A stretch of 64,000 bases of DNA from Candidatus Nanopelagicales bacterium (GCA_049421205.1 JBMSMQ010000001.1:22892-86891), one strand, 5' to 3'. Shown: positions 1 through 10,620, counted from the stretch's first letter. Notes: generated by a model not told the origin, from the sequence alone. Numbers and translations: made by a program.

Positions 1-1
1 T

Positions 2-154
2 ACATATGCGAGAGACTGGGTAAAAGAGTTTGATTGGCACTTTGTAGCACAGAAGATCATTGCAGTATATGAGACAGTCACATTTGATCAACTTCCTGTG
101 GTTGAAAATCTTCGAGGACAAATCATCGGTAGATTGAAGAGATCTGAATCATGA
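2..154 (+). CDS. 3' end of a GT4-family glycosyltransferase (PimA-like), 5'-truncated by the window edge
   Basis: Frame 2 reads TYARDWVKEFDWHFVAQKIIAVYETV...GRLKRSES and stops at TGA 152-154. The DW..VA..I..VYE tail resembles GT4/PimA C-termini, and a position upstream of pdxST fits actinobacterial synteny. Only 50 aa are visible. Confidence 0.5.
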   Translation, partial: TYARDWVKEFDWHFVAQKIIAVYETVTFDQLPVVENLRGQIIGRLKRSES

Positions 155-693
155 TTTGGGTCACGTTTGTTGCACTTTGTGCTGGGATCGTTCTCTGGTG
201 GGCAAGTAACCTGGCTGGCAGGCTTCACCGAATTCATATTCGACGCGATAATCTACTGATTTCACTTCGTTGGCAACTTATTGTCAGGGAGAGTTTAATT
301 TCACGGCTTCTCGAAGAGGGATTTTTTGATGTAGACGACCGACAAACTCTGTCGAATTATGTTGAAGCTGCAAATCTAGATTCGGATGCAGATCTTGATG
401 AGTATCTCACAAAAGAGAGTCAAGTATCAGGTGCATTGCGGGAAGTTTTCGAAAAGGGAATCAAAATAAAAACCACTGCAATGTACTCACTCTTACAAGA
501 ACTTGCGCAATGTTGTTATCGTATTGAACTTGCACGACGATTTCATAATGATGCAGTTGGCGCGGCACATCTACTTCACGAGAGATTGCTCGTGAGAGTT
601 TTTCGACTTGCAGGTAATACTCCTCAACCTAAATCACTTGATATGGATGACATTCCACCCAAAGAACTACAAGAAATCCTTTCGGGTCACTAA
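151..693 (+). CDS. Hypothetical membrane-anchored protein, weakly LemA-like
   Basis: 180-aa ORF whose ATG overlaps the upstream stop (ATGA at 151-154). It has an N-terminal hydrophobic helix (IWVTFVALCAGIVLWWA). The C-terminal segment LQELAQCCYRIELARRFHNDAV resembles the LemA RR.YN motif region. The family assignment is tentative. Confidence 0.55.
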   Translation: MIWVTFVALCAGIVLWWASNLAGRLHRIHIRRDNLLISLRWQLIVRESLISRLLEEGFFDVDDRQTLSNYVEAANLDSDADLDEYLTKESQVSGALREVFEKGIKIKTTAMYSLLQELAQCCYRIELARRFHNDAVGAAHLLHERLLVRVFRLAGNTPQPKSLDMDDIPPKELQEILSGH

Positions 694-700
694 TTAGACT

Positions 701-1747
701 TTGAGTATGTTAAGACGATCCCTTTTGATGCTCTGCCTTGCTTTCGTGGTAACGGCGTGCGCATCTCAAACCCCTTCACAGGTTGAGACAAGTCCAACGC
801 AGTCAGAAACCCCGTGCTGGAACTCTCCACTTACAGGGTTATGTGCAGATGAAACAGTCCCGGTTCTTGCCGTAAAGATCGATGATGTTTCTGCGGCACG
901 TCCACAATGGGCCTTGAACGAAGCAGATGTTGTTGTCGTTGAGCCAGTTGAGGGAGGGCTTACTCGACTCTTCGCCGTGTATCAATCAGAGATACCAACT
1001 ACGTTGGGGCCAATTCGTTCTGCACGAATCACTGATGTTGATATCGCTGCAGCATTTGGAGAGCCCGGTTTTGCATATTCGGGAGCATCTCGGAGAACCA
1101 CTCCCTACCTTTGGAAATCATCGATGCAACTTGTTGGCGCACCTCAAGGTGGTCTTGGGTACTCACGAGCGAGTGATCGATATGCCCCTCACAATTTGAT
1201 GGGTAACTATGAAGAGATAATTTCGAGAATCAAGAAACCTGCGAAAGCCTTACTGGGAAATCGCATCGCCTGGTCTTTCCTAGATGATTCCACTTCTGCA
1301 ATAGAAGGTCGTGACATTATTTCTGCGACAGCCGATTGGCCAGCATCTGATAAAACCTTTACCTGGGACGCTTCTTTGAAACGTTGGCTTGTGAGTGCTG
1401 ATGGGAAGGATACAGAGAGCATCAGTGATCAAGGTGTACAACTTGCACAAACTACAACTGTCTTTGTGATGAATGCAGTTACCCTCGAGACATGGTATCT
1501 AAGTTCAGGTGGAGCGACGCCGTATTTGAAAACTTTTGGCGAGGGCAATGGCTGGGTGCTGATGAATGGCCAAGCCATTAAGGCTGTTTGGAAACGTCCA
1601 ACGATTCAAGATTTTCCACGCTGGTACACCACGGAAGGTGTTGAGATAGCGGTTCCACAAGGCAATGCTTGGTGGTTATTACTCAGTGAACGAGATGAAA
1701 TGAAGTTCAAATGGGTGAAATCGCCGAGCCCCACTCCTTCCTCATAG
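701..1747 (+). CDS. DUF3048 (YerB-like) lipoprotein
   Basis: The signal peptide carries a lipobox (LAFVVTAC). PVLAVKIDDVSAARPQ...EPVEGGLTRLFAVYQS...GPIRSAR is typical of DUF3048. The ORF starts at TTG 701, with an alternative ATG at 707. Confidence 0.75.
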   Translation: MSMLRRSLLMLCLAFVVTACASQTPSQVETSPTQSETPCWNSPLTGLCADETVPVLAVKIDDVSAARPQWALNEADVVVVEPVEGGLTRLFAVYQSEIPTTLGPIRSARITDVDIAAAFGEPGFAYSGASRRTTPYLWKSSMQLVGAPQGGLGYSRASDRYAPHNLMGNYEEIISRIKKPAKALLGNRIAWSFLDDSTSAIEGRDIISATADWPASDKTFTWDASLKRWLVSADGKDTESISDQGVQLAQTTTVFVMNAVTLETWYLSSGGATPYLKTFGEGNGWVLMNGQAIKAVWKRPTIQDFPRWYTTEGVEIAVPQGNAWWLLLSERDEMKFKWVKSPSPTPSS

Positions 1748-1768
1748 AATTGCCGCTGGAGGATTCAA

Positions 1769-2692
1769 ATGTCAGCAGATAATTCAAAAGTCACCGGCTC
1801 ATCACGTGTAAAACGTGGGATGGCGGAGATGCTTAAAGGCGGCGTCATTATGGACGTTGTCACGGATACCCAAGCGAAAATTGCCGAAGATGCTGGTGCA
1901 GTAGCTGTTATGGCACTCGAGCGGGTACCTGCTGACATTCGTGCAACAGGAGGAGTTGCTCGAATGTCGTCTCCCGACATGATCGAGCGAATCATTAATT
2001 CAGTTTCAATCCCAGTGATGGCAAAAGCACGAATTGGTCATTTTGTGGAAGCACAAATACTGCAGGAAATTGGTGTCGATTACATAGATGAATCAGAAGT
2101 CCTGACTCCTGCCGATTATGAAAATCACATCGATAAATGGCAGTTCACAGTCCCATTTGTGTGTGGCGCAACCAATCTTGGAGAAGCACTACGTCGAATC
2201 AATGAAGGTGCCGCAATGATTCGATCCAAAGGTGAAGCTGGCACGGGCGATGTTTCCAATGCGACAACCCATATGCGAAAAATCGGAGCAGAGATTCGAC
2301 GCTTGTCCTCAATGCGAGATGATGAATTGTTTGTCGCAGCAAAGGAACTACAAGCACCATATGAACTCGTGAAGGAAATTGCACAAACAGGAAAACTTCC
2401 AGTTGTCCTCTTTACTGCAGGCGGTATTGCAACCCCAGCTGATGCTGCAATGATGATGCAGCTTGGCGCTGATGGTGTGTTTGTGGGATCAGGAATCTTT
2501 AACCACGCGCCAGGACAACCTGCATCCGACAGCGAGTCTGCTGCCCGCGCAAAAGCGATCGTGCAAGCAACCACTGCGTACAGTGACCCAGCAAAGCTTG
2601 CCGAGGTGTCCCGAGGACTCGGGCAAGCAATGGTAGGGATCACAGTGAGCGAAATCCCCGTAGCACACCGATTGGCTGAGCGTGGTTGGTAA
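1769..2692 (+). CDS. pdxS: Pyridoxal 5'-phosphate synthase, lyase subunit PdxS
   Basis: [35 protein letters not shown] and the GEAGTG motif. A GGAGGA-like RBS lies at about 1756-1763. Confidence 0.97.
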   Translation: MSADNSKVTGSSRVKRGMAEMLKGGVIMDVVTDTQAKIAEDAGAVAVMALERVPADIRATGGVARMSSPDMIERIINSVSIPVMAKARIGHFVEAQILQEIGVDYIDESEVLTPADYENHIDKWQFTVPFVCGATNLGEALRRINEGAAMIRSKGEAGTGDVSNATTHMRKIGAEIRRLSSMRDDELFVAAKELQAPYELVKEIAQTGKLPVVLFTAGGIATPADAAMMMQLGADGVFVGSGIFNHAPGQPASDSESAARAKAIVQATTAYSDPAKLAEVSRGLGQAMVGITVSEIPVAHRLAERGW

Positions 2693-3303
2693 TGGTTCTT
2701 CAAATTGGAGTCTTAGCACTCCAAGGTGACTTCCGAGAGCACATTGAAACACTGAAAAGATTCAATGATGTTGAGGTTCGTGAAGTACGAATTTCAAGAG
2801 ACCTTCAAGATTTAGATGGGCTGGTTATTCCAGGCGGAGAATCAACCACAATTTCTAAACTTTCACATTTATTTGAAATTGATGCAGAGATTCGACGAAT
2901 TATTCGTGAAGGAAAACCAGTGCTTGGAACCTGTGCTGGGCTCATTATGCTCTCAAACACCATTATTGACCCAAAATCTGGACAAGAGAGTTTTGGTGGA
3001 CTCAATATTGAGGTCAGGAGAAATGCATTTGGACGTCAGGTTGATAGCTTTGAATGTGTGATTGAAGAGCATGGATTTTCAAATTCACCATTACTTGCGA
3101 CATTCATTCGAGCCCCGTGGGTTGAAGTTATAGGGGAAGGGGTTGAAGTGCTCGCTAGAGTTACCTTAGATGATGGCATCCAAAGGGTGGTCGCTGTTCG
3201 GCAAGGAAATGTAATTGCAACATCGTTTCACCCTGAGATATCAGAAGAAATGCAAGTCCATTCATATTTTCTTGATGTCGTACGTCAAGCAAGGAGTAGA
3301 TAA
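2692..3303 (+). CDS. pdxT: Pyridoxal 5'-phosphate synthase, glutaminase subunit PdxT
   Basis: [19 protein letters not shown], nucleophile GTCAG and FHPE. ATG 2692 overlaps the pdxS TAA by 1 nt; the ORF track extends to TTG 2686. Confidence 0.95.
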   Translation: MVLQIGVLALQGDFREHIETLKRFNDVEVREVRISRDLQDLDGLVIPGGESTTISKLSHLFEIDAEIRRIIREGKPVLGTCAGLIMLSNTIIDPKSGQESFGGLNIEVRRNAFGRQVDSFECVIEEHGFSNSPLLATFIRAPWVEVIGEGVEVLARVTLDDGIQRVVAVRQGNVIATSFHPEISEEMQVHSYFLDVVRQARSR

Positions 3304-4052
3304 TGTCCGGACATTCCAAATGGGCAACAACTAAGCATAAGAAAGCGATGATTGACGCTCGACGCGGGAAACTTTTTGCCAAATTGATAAAAGGTATTGA
3401 AGTTGCAAGCAGAACTGGTGGAGCAGATCCTGCAGGCAACCCCACACTTTACGATGCAATTCAAAAGGCTCGGAAGGCATCTGTTCCTAATGACAACATC
3501 GAACGAGCAATTAAGCGAGGGTCAGGTGCTGAAGCGGGTGGGGCTGATTGGCAAGTTCAGCTGTATGAGGGGTACGCACCAGGTGGCGTTGCTGTTTTGA
3601 TTGAATGTTTGACTGACAATAAAAACCGAGCGGCTGGCGAGGTCAGAACTGCAATGGGGAAAAATGGTGGCAATATGGCAGACGCTGGGTCAGTGTCATA
3701 TATGTTTGAACGACGCGGAGTAATTCTAGTTGCTCAAGCTGACTCAAGTGAGGACGCCATTCTTACGGCAGCGTTGGATGCAGGAATCGAAGAAGTTAAC
3801 CTACTTGGCGAAACATATGAGATTCTCTGTCAACCATCAGATGTTGTTCAAGTGAGAACAGCCCTACAAAGCGCTGGGATTGATTATGAATCAGCTGAAA
3901 CTCCATTTATGGCAAGTATGCAGGTGCAACTTGATGCTGAGAGTGCGAAGAAAGTCATCAAACTTGTTGAAGCACTTGAAGATTGTGACGATGTGCAAAA
4001 TGTCTATGCGAACTTCGATATATCAGACGAGGTTATGGCTGAAATTGAATGA
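3303..4052 (+). CDS. yebC: YebC/PmpR-family DNA-binding transcriptional regulator
   Basis: Canonical N-terminus [28 protein letters not shown]. The start overlaps the pdxT stop by 1 nt. Confidence 0.95.
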   Translation: MSGHSKWATTKHKKAMIDARRGKLFAKLIKGIEVASRTGGADPAGNPTLYDAIQKARKASVPNDNIERAIKRGSGAEAGGADWQVQLYEGYAPGGVAVLIECLTDNKNRAAGEVRTAMGKNGGNMADAGSVSYMFERRGVILVAQADSSEDAILTAALDAGIEEVNLLGETYEILCQPSDVVQVRTALQSAGIDYESAETPFMASMQVQLDAESAKKVIKLVEALEDCDDVQNVYANFDISDEVMAEIE

Positions 4053-5314
4053 TGGAGAAACTTGGTGGGTGGGATTTACTCACTTGGCGACTTGGATATG
4101 AAGATAAGGGAATAGTTCCGCTCGTTGGTGCTCAACTTACGCTCGATGGTCACATTGACTTTGAAGATTTGGTCATTGTACTAAGTGCGGCTGTGGAAGA
4201 ACAAGAAATATTGAGCGTATCGCTTACTAATGAGAAATTTCCTCATCCAATTATTCTCCCCGAATTTGATTTGCGAAAATGTATTGAAGTACTACATCAC
4301 CAAGTAAACCCCGCTCAATTCGCATTGCGTCACGCGATAGCTCAATTCTCTCCGATACAACACCGTGAAGATTTACCCCTCTGGCGTGTATACGTTGTGT
4401 ATCAGCAACATCAAACACTTCTCTTTACCTTCTTGCACCACGCAATTGCCGACGGCAGGAAGGCGTTAGAGGTCATTTTTGGCCTCAGTGGAGTGAAACC
4501 CCCAATACAGGGGGCGAGCAAAGACAAATCGACATCAAATTTAGGGTCATTGTTTCAAGAAATGATGACTGACCCAATGTCACTACTTCAAATAGCAACT
4601 CCCGCCTTGCTCGGACTGAATTCACTCTTGGCATTATCTCCAAAGCATACGTTGCCTTACTTCGCAGATCGTAGTTTTCGCAATAACGTCTTTCAATATT
4701 CAATTCCACGAAACATTGTTCAAGCCAAAGCAAAAGAATTAAATGTGAGTAGCCATGACATTTCTGTTGCACTTGGGCTAGAAATCATTAAGAATCTTGA
4801 AGAGGAGATGAATATCTCTGAAAGGAATCCAATTCGAGTAAATATTCCAGTATCACTCGAGCAAGCACATACGTTTAATCAAATTCTCATATCGAGGCTT
4901 TTTATTCCGCGCTTGACTTTTGCAGAGACAGCGCAAACCTATCGAACTCTTTTTAAAAACTGGCGCGAGCACCCTTCGGTGAAAATGTATCAATCTGCTC
5001 TAAGTGCCATTAGTCAAGTTGAGTTGATTGATGTAACAAGTTTTGCAACACACTCGGATCTCACTTTGAGTTCACTTCCATACTTTTCGGAACTTTTGAG
5101 CATAGGCAAAAATGAAGTTCTAGCGATATGGCCACTCGTCCCAACTATGGGTAGCGCTTTGAATATCACCTCAATTGGATATAACAATGTTCAATACGTC
5201 ACCTTGACTTGTGATATTGGAACGAAGATTGACGAAGGCTTTCTTCGCCGAGCAATTCGATTGAGCCATGAAAAGAATCTCGGTATAGTCCCGAATTTTG
5301 AACATCAACTGTGA
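4049..5314 (+). CDS. Divergent WS/DGAT-like (HHxxxDG, condensation-type) acyltransferase
   Basis: 421-aa ORF with HHAIADG at about aa 129-135. The C-terminal [22 protein letters not shown] resembles the WS/DGAT C-terminal domain. ATG overlaps the yebC stop (ATGA). Several family motifs are degenerate, so the substrate is unknown. Confidence 0.65.
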   Translation: MMEKLGGWDLLTWRLGYEDKGIVPLVGAQLTLDGHIDFEDLVIVLSAAVEEQEILSVSLTNEKFPHPIILPEFDLRKCIEVLHHQVNPAQFALRHAIAQFSPIQHREDLPLWRVYVVYQQHQTLLFTFLHHAIADGRKALEVIFGLSGVKPPIQGASKDKSTSNLGSLFQEMMTDPMSLLQIATPALLGLNSLLALSPKHTLPYFADRSFRNNVFQYSIPRNIVQAKAKELNVSSHDISVALGLEIIKNLEEEMNISERNPIRVNIPVSLEQAHTFNQILISRLFIPRLTFAETAQTYRTLFKNWREHPSVKMYQSALSAISQVELIDVTSFATHSDLTLSSLPYFSELLSIGKNEVLAIWPLVPTMGSALNITSIGYNNVQYVTLTCDIGTKIDEGFLRRAIRLSHEKNLGIVPNFEHQL

Positions 5315-5357
5315 GTTCACCACCATCATGAGCCACTTAATTCTATGATTGCTCCCA

Positions 5358-5858
5358 ATGAGCGTCATACTTGGAATTGATCCCGGACTTACCCGTTGCG
5401 GGGTGGCTGTAATTGAAGCAAGTCCCGGTCGAACCGGGGTAATGCATTACGTGGATGTCATCAAATCGGAGCCCAGCCTCAGCACAGTTGAGCGTATCGG
5501 CATGATATCGGAAAGTTTGCTAGAACTTTTTTCCAAGTATCCAATTGAAGCTGTAGCACTGGAACGAGTCTTTTCTCAAGCAAATGTTCGCTCTGTTATG
5601 GGAGTTGCCCAAATTTCGGGAGTTGTTTTCTACATGGCACATCAAAAGCAATTGCCAATCGCACTTTACACACCGACTCAAGTGAAAAAAGCAGTAACCG
5701 GGCATGGCCGTGCGACGAAGCAACAAGTTGGAAGTATGGTGATGAAGCTTTTTAACCTTGCAGAAATGCCCAAGCCTGCAGATGCCGCAGATGCATTGGC
5801 GATAGCCTTGTGCCACGCTTGGAACTTCAATCCAGCGCTTGTAAGGAAGATGGACTGA
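5358..5858 (+). CDS. ruvC: Crossover junction endodeoxyribonuclease RuvC
   Basis: ILGIDPGLTRCGVAVIE and ADAADALAIALCHA. The ORF opens at TTG 5349, but ATG 5358 is the more likely start. Confidence 0.93.
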   Translation: MSVILGIDPGLTRCGVAVIEASPGRTGVMHYVDVIKSEPSLSTVERIGMISESLLELFSKYPIEAVALERVFSQANVRSVMGVAQISGVVFYMAHQKQLPIALYTPTQVKKAVTGHGRATKQQVGSMVMKLFNLAEMPKPADAADALAIALCHAWNFNPALVRKMD

Positions 5859-6433
5859 TGCTGAGCTTCATTTCGGGAACTGTGCACTCCATATCTGCGC
5901 AACGCGTAGTTCTCGACGCACAAGGTATTGGATATGAAATACATATTACGCCGAGCGCATTAGGGCTATGTCGTGTTGGTGCAAAGGTACAGATGCCGGT
6001 ACTGTTAATTGTTCGTGAAGAGTCAATGACACTCTACGGGTTTAGTGACACGCAAGAGCGAGACTTTTTCCAAATACTTATGTCTGTTTCAGGGGTAGGC
6101 CCCAAACTCGCGCTCACGATAGTTTCCTCACTTACTCAAGATAGTTTCGCAACGGCAATTGCAAACAAAGACGAAGCCACATTAGTTCGAATACCCGGAG
6201 TAGGGAAGAAGAGTGCAGCACGATTAATCGTAGAACTTGATGGAAAATTCCAAAAAGTGGCTGGGATGCAAAATCTTTCAGACGACATCCTCGATGCACT
6301 TACGGCATTAGGCTGGTCTGAACGTGAGGCGCGCGCCGCAATCGAAAAAGTCAATGAAATGCATGCGAGTGCTGATATCACCGTAAAGCTTCGCACGGCA
6401 CTTGAAGTGCTGAATCGGGTGAATAGAACATGA
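5858..6433 (+). CDS. ruvA: Holliday junction branch migration complex subunit RuvA
   Basis: MLSFISGTV..., GIGYEIHIT, and HhH motifs [10 protein letters not shown] and [15 protein letters not shown] 5858 overlaps the ruvC TGA by 1 nt; the longer ORF from 5810 is an out-of-gene extension. Confidence 0.93.
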   Translation: MLSFISGTVHSISAQRVVLDAQGIGYEIHITPSALGLCRVGAKVQMPVLLIVREESMTLYGFSDTQERDFFQILMSVSGVGPKLALTIVSSLTQDSFATAIANKDEATLVRIPGVGKKSAARLIVELDGKFQKVAGMQNLSDDILDALTALGWSEREARAAIEKVNEMHASADITVKLRTALEVLNRVNRT

Positions 6434-7440
6434 GCGAAGAGATTACGTCACCACTTCAACTTGGTGATGACATTGTTCTTGAAACAGTATTGCGCCCAAA
6501 GAAACTTGATGAATTCATTGGGCAAACTCGTGTGCGAGATCAATTGAATTTGGTACTTCAAGCTAGCCTCAATAGAAATTCAGCAAGTGATCACATACTG
6601 CTTAGTGGTCCACCTGGGCTTGGTAAAACCACTCTTGCACAAATTGTGGCGCACGAATTAGGAGTTCCCATTCGTATTACTTCGGGTCCTGCTATTACAC
6701 ATGCTGGTGATCTTGCTGCGGTGTTATCTTCTTTAATGGCTGGCGAAATTCTGTTTATTGATGAGATCCATCGGATAGCAAAACCTGCTGCAGAATTGCT
6801 GTATGTTGCAATGGAAGATTTTCGCGTTGATATCATGATTGGAAAGGGAGTTGGTGCTACAGCAATCCCGCTTGAACTTCCGCCTTTTACCTTGATTGGC
6901 GCAACAACGCGATCTGGTCTTTTGCCGGCTCCCCTAAGGGACCGATTTGGATTTATTGCACATCTTGATTTTTATGATGCAGTGGATCTGCAGAGAATTG
7001 TTCACAGGTCAGCGCAATTGATGCAAGTAGACATTGATGAAGAATCGTCGCTCGAAATAGGAAGTCGCTCACGTGGCACACCTCGAATTGCAAATCGTCT
7101 TTTGCGCCGTGTGAGAGATTTTTCAGAAGTCAACAAGAAGCAGATTGACGTGAATCTAACGCAAAGCGCTCTTGAACTTTATGAGGTCGATACACTCGGT
7201 CTTGATCGGTTGGATCTCGCCGTTTTGAGCACTCTTGTTGAAAAGTTTGCAGGGGGTCCAGTTGGACTTAACACCCTCGCGATGGCCATTGGAGAAGATT
7301 CCGTGACCATAGAGGAGGTTGTCGAACCCTTTTTAGTTCGACTTGGCTTCATTATTCGAACTCCTCGCGGTAGGCAAGCGACATTTGAAGGGTGGCGACA
7401 CGTCGGGGTGAACCCTCCTGAATCCAACGCTTTGTTTTAG
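6430..7440 (+). CDS. ruvB: Holliday junction branch migration DNA helicase RuvB
   Basis: Walker [19 protein letters not shown] and [20 protein letters not shown] overlap with ruvA. Confidence 0.97.
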   Translation: MSEEITSPLQLGDDIVLETVLRPKKLDEFIGQTRVRDQLNLVLQASLNRNSASDHILLSGPPGLGKTTLAQIVAHELGVPIRITSGPAITHAGDLAAVLSSLMAGEILFIDEIHRIAKPAAELLYVAMEDFRVDIMIGKGVGATAIPLELPPFTLIGATTRSGLLPAPLRDRFGFIAHLDFYDAVDLQRIVHRSAQLMQVDIDEESSLEIGSRSRGTPRIANRLLRRVRDFSEVNKKQIDVNLTQSALELYEVDTLGLDRLDLAVLSTLVEKFAGGPVGLNTLAMAIGEDSVTIEEVVEPFLVRLGFIIRTPRGRQATFEGWRHVGVNPPESNALF

Positions 7441-7447
7441 CCCCTCA

Positions 7448-7462
7448 GCCAAAACTTTTGGC
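7448..7462. repeat. Perfect 15-nt palindrome GCCAAAAcTTTTGGC in the ruvB-secD spacer
   Basis: Read directly from the sequence, 8 nt after the ruvB stop and 26 nt before the secD ATG. No T-tract follows, so it is not a canonical terminator. The role (weak hairpin or protein-binding site) is unknown. Confidence 0.5.
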
Positions 7463-7487
7463 ACTGAATAAACTAGCCGCTTAGCGA

Positions 7488-9038
7488 ATGAAAGGGTGGC
7501 TCGTGGCTCCTCGCAATTCCGGAAGACCTGTCCGGTCTCTCATATTCCTCTTTGTCATGATTGCTGTTTTGTCCATTGGCACCTGGTGGCCAGGCCAATC
7601 CTCGACACCAAAACTTGGACTTGACCTCCGCGGAGGCACCCAAGTGACGCTCACCCCGCGAACGACAAGCGGTGCGGTAATTACTGACATCCAACTACAA
7701 CAGGCGGTTGAAATTATTCGTCAACGCGTGAATGGACTTGGTGTAGCGGAAGCAGAAGTATCGACTCAAGGTTCGGGTAACAGTTCAGCCATAATCGTGA
7801 GTATCCCTGGTGTGACAGAGCAAGGAATCGCAAACGTTTTGCGACAAACAGCACTGCTGAGTTTTCGTGCTGTTGAAAATGTACAAGCCAATACCCCAAA
7901 TGATCAAGCACAACCACTAATCGCACCACTTGAATTTGATGCGAATGATTCAACGCTGCAAGCAGGATTTCAAGCACTCGATTGCTCAAAACCTGAATCA
8001 CGTCAGGGTGGGAAAATTGAGAACACAGAAAAATGGCTCGTGACCTGTTCAGTTGATGGCACATTGAAGTACATTGTCCAACCAGCATTCATCAAGGGTG
8101 AATCTATTGATGATGCGCGAGCAGAAATTCCACAGAACTCATTTGATTGGGTGGTGACACTTGATTTTGATTCACAAGGTGCAGCGCAACTAGCTCAGGC
8201 CTCAAACGAGTTGTACGTCAAGCCAAGTCCGCAAAATCAATTCGCGATTGTTCTCGATGGCTTAGTGGTATCAAGTCCTTATTTTTCGGAGCCAATTCCT
8301 GGAGGTTCTGCTCAGATTACTGGCGGATTCACAGTAGAAGAAGCTAAGGAACTTGCAAATGTATTGAAATTTGGCGCGTTACCGCTCACCTTAGACTTAG
8401 CCGAAATTACGTCAATTTCACCCACATTAGGCGAGGATCAATTAAGCGCAGGTTTACTTGCAGGTTTTATTGGTCTCATACTGGTGACACTTTATTTGCT
8501 GTTTTACTACAGAGTCTTGGGACTATCTGCTATTTCCTCTCTTGTACTTGCGGGTCTTTTCACGTATGTCGCAGTAGTGGTGCTAGGTAAGGTCCTTGGA
8601 TTCACACTCACACTCGCCGGTATTGCAGGCATCATCGTGGCAATTGGTATTACAGCCGACTCGTTTATTGTGTACTTCGAGCGCATACGTGATGAGATTC
8701 GAGAAGGAAAAGCGTTACGTCCGGCAGTTGATGCGGCTTGGAAGCGGGCTCGACGCACTATTTTGATTGCTGACGCTGTTCAACTTTTGGCAGCGGTTGT
8801 TCTGTATTTCTTGAGTGTTGGCACAGTTCGAGGTTTTGCTTTCACCCTTGGTCTAACAACAATAATTGATGGTTTGGTCGCGTTCCTCTTCACTCGACCT
8901 GTCGTCACTCTGTTTGCGCGTAATCCATGGTTTTCCAAGGGTTCAAAACTTACTGGATTAGATCCTGCCAGATTAGGTGTTTCAAGTATTGCTACGGCAC
9001 ATGCGAGAAGTAGTTTCACTGAGAAAGTAGGCAACTAA
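7488..9038 (+). CDS. secD: Protein translocase subunit SecD
   Basis: GLDLRGG, a large periplasmic domain, and C-terminal TM bundle motifs (GFTLTLAGIAGIIVAIGITADSFIVYFERIRDE). Confidence 0.93.
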   Translation: MKGWLVAPRNSGRPVRSLIFLFVMIAVLSIGTWWPGQSSTPKLGLDLRGGTQVTLTPRTTSGAVITDIQLQQAVEIIRQRVNGLGVAEAEVSTQGSGNSSAIIVSIPGVTEQGIANVLRQTALLSFRAVENVQANTPNDQAQPLIAPLEFDANDSTLQAGFQALDCSKPESRQGGKIENTEKWLVTCSVDGTLKYIVQPAFIKGESIDDARAEIPQNSFDWVVTLDFDSQGAAQLAQASNELYVKPSPQNQFAIVLDGLVVSSPYFSEPIPGGSAQITGGFTVEEAKELANVLKFGALPLTLDLAEITSISPTLGEDQLSAGLLAGFIGLILVTLYLLFYYRVLGLSAISSLVLAGLFTYVAVVVLGKVLGFTLTLAGIAGIIVAIGITADSFIVYFERIRDEIREGKALRPAVDAAWKRARRTILIADAVQLLAAVVLYFLSVGTVRGFAFTLGLTTIIDGLVAFLFTRPVVTLFARNPWFSKGSKLTGLDPARLGVSSIATAHARSSFTEKVGN

Positions 9039-9040
9039 CA

Positions 9041-10102
9041 ATGAGTGGTTTGAGAAGTATCGCAAGTGGTCTCTATCGAGGCGAAGTCTCTCTGGATATT
9101 GTTGGTAGAGCCAGGTTATGGTACGCAATTTCTTTGGTTGTCATTGGTGTTGCGATTTTTGGAGTGTTTGGAAAGGGATTTAATCTCGGAATCGAATTTC
9201 GAGGTGGTGCAGAATTTCAGGTGTCGGTATCTGAAGATTCTGTATCAAAAGGTCGCCAAATTGTCCAAGAGGCAGGTATTGAAAATCCAATTGTGACGCA
9301 ATTGGGAACCGGGACACTACGTATCCAGACTCTTGCCTTAACTGATGAAGAGACAACTACCATTATTAATGCCTTGGCATCGGGATTCGGAGTTGCGGCA
9401 TCGGAAGTTCAGGTACGGATTGTTGGTCCATCATGGGGTGCAGATATCACAAGGACTGCTGTAAATGCGTTACTTGTTTTTCTAGCGCTCGTTTCTATCT
9501 TCCTTGCACTGACTTATGAATGGCGAATGGCTGCAGGTGCGCTTGTAGCACTCCTGCATGACGTTCTGATTACCGTCGGCCTCTACGCATTGATTGGATT
9601 TGAAGTTACGCCAGCAACCGCAATTGGATTTTTGACTATTTTAGGATATTCCCTTTACGACACAGTGGTTGTTTTTGACAAGGTGAAAGAAAACACCAAA
9701 AACATTGAGCGGCAAAGCAGATTTACATACACAGCTGCTGCGAATCTAGCAGTCAATCAATCACTTATTCGTTCGGTAAATACCTCGATTGTGGCCATTT
9801 TGCCGGTTGCAGGAATTCTTTTTGTAGGTGCTGGCATTTTGGGTGCAGGTACATTAAGGGATATTTCGCTTGCACTATTTATCGGTATGCTTGTGGGAAC
9901 ATATTCTTCTCTTACACTTGCAACAGCAGTGCTCGTCAATCTCAAAGAACGAACTCCTGAAATGCAAGCGCTTCGTCGTCGAGCTTCGAACAAAACCACA
10001 CTAAAGTCAAATACCCTCCAAGCAGACGTACTTGAAGAAAAAGTAGTGGTAGAAACGGGAGTCCGTAAACAGCCTCGTAGGAAGCCGCGGAGCAAGCGAT
10101 GA
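9041..10102 (+). CDS. secF: Protein translocase subunit SecF
   Basis: LGIEFRGG, followed by an SSD-like TM region (GYSLYDTVVVFDKVKEN). It starts 2 nt after secD. Confidence 0.93.
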   Translation: MSGLRSIASGLYRGEVSLDIVGRARLWYAISLVVIGVAIFGVFGKGFNLGIEFRGGAEFQVSVSEDSVSKGRQIVQEAGIENPIVTQLGTGTLRIQTLALTDEETTTIINALASGFGVAASEVQVRIVGPSWGADITRTAVNALLVFLALVSIFLALTYEWRMAAGALVALLHDVLITVGLYALIGFEVTPATAIGFLTILGYSLYDTVVVFDKVKENTKNIERQSRFTYTAAANLAVNQSLIRSVNTSIVAILPVAGILFVGAGILGAGTLRDISLALFIGMLVGTYSSLTLATAVLVNLKERTPEMQALRRRASNKTTLKSNTLQADVLEEKVVVETGVRKQPRRKPRSKR

Positions 10103-10620
10103 GTTCCCTTGAAGCATTAATCCGGGTTGTACCAAATTGGCCAAGTCCTGGTGTGATGTTTCAAGACCTTACAGGTGTTCTCGCAGACGCAGAAGGACTG
10201 CGAGAAGTTACCGAAAATCTAGCGAAACCCTTTCTCAATTCCGGTGTTGATCTTGTCGCCGGAATGGAGGCACGCGGATTTATTGTAGGAACGAGTGTAG
10301 CGAGAGCACTCAATGTGGGATTTCTTGCAATGCGAAAGGCTGGAAAGTTGCCCGGTGATGTTCACCAGGCGGTTTACACGCTTGAATACGGCGAGGCAAC
10401 ACTTGAAGTCCACAAAGAGGATATCAAGTCCGGTATGCGGGTATTAATTATTGACGATGTTCTGGCTACGGGAGGCACTGCACTTGCTGCAGCCCAACTC
10501 GTTGAAGGTGCAAACGCCAAAGTGGTGGGCTTTGGATTTGTGCTTGATTTGGAATTTTTAGGTGGAAGAAATAAGTTAAAAAGTTATACCATTCACAGTC
10601 TCAAAACAATTACTGGATAA
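10099..10620 (+). CDS. apt: Adenine phosphoribosyltransferase
   Basis: PRPP-binding motif VLIIDDVLATGGTA and GMEARGF. ATGA overlap with secF. Confidence 0.95.
   Translation: MSSLEALIRVVPNWPSPGVMFQDLTGVLADAEGLREVTENLAKPFLNSGVDLVAGMEARGFIVGTSVARALNVGFLAMRKAGKLPGDVHQAVYTLEYGEATLEVHKEDIKSGMRVLIIDDVLATGGTALAAAQLVEGANAKVVGFGFVLDLEFLGGRNKLKSYTIHSLKTITG

Noticed and set aside
2125-2703. 192-aa minus-strand ORF inside pdxS
   Set aside because: It lies antisense to the locally GC-richer pdxS. Stop-codon depletion on the opposite strand explains its length, and it carries no motifs.
7322-7341. TCGAAC-N8-GTTCGA inverted repeat, reminiscent of mycobacterial LexA box half-sites
   Set aside because: The spacing is 8 nt rather than the 4 nt of the known SOS box. 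It lies inside the ruvB coding sequence near its 3' end, not upstream of a damage-inducible gene.
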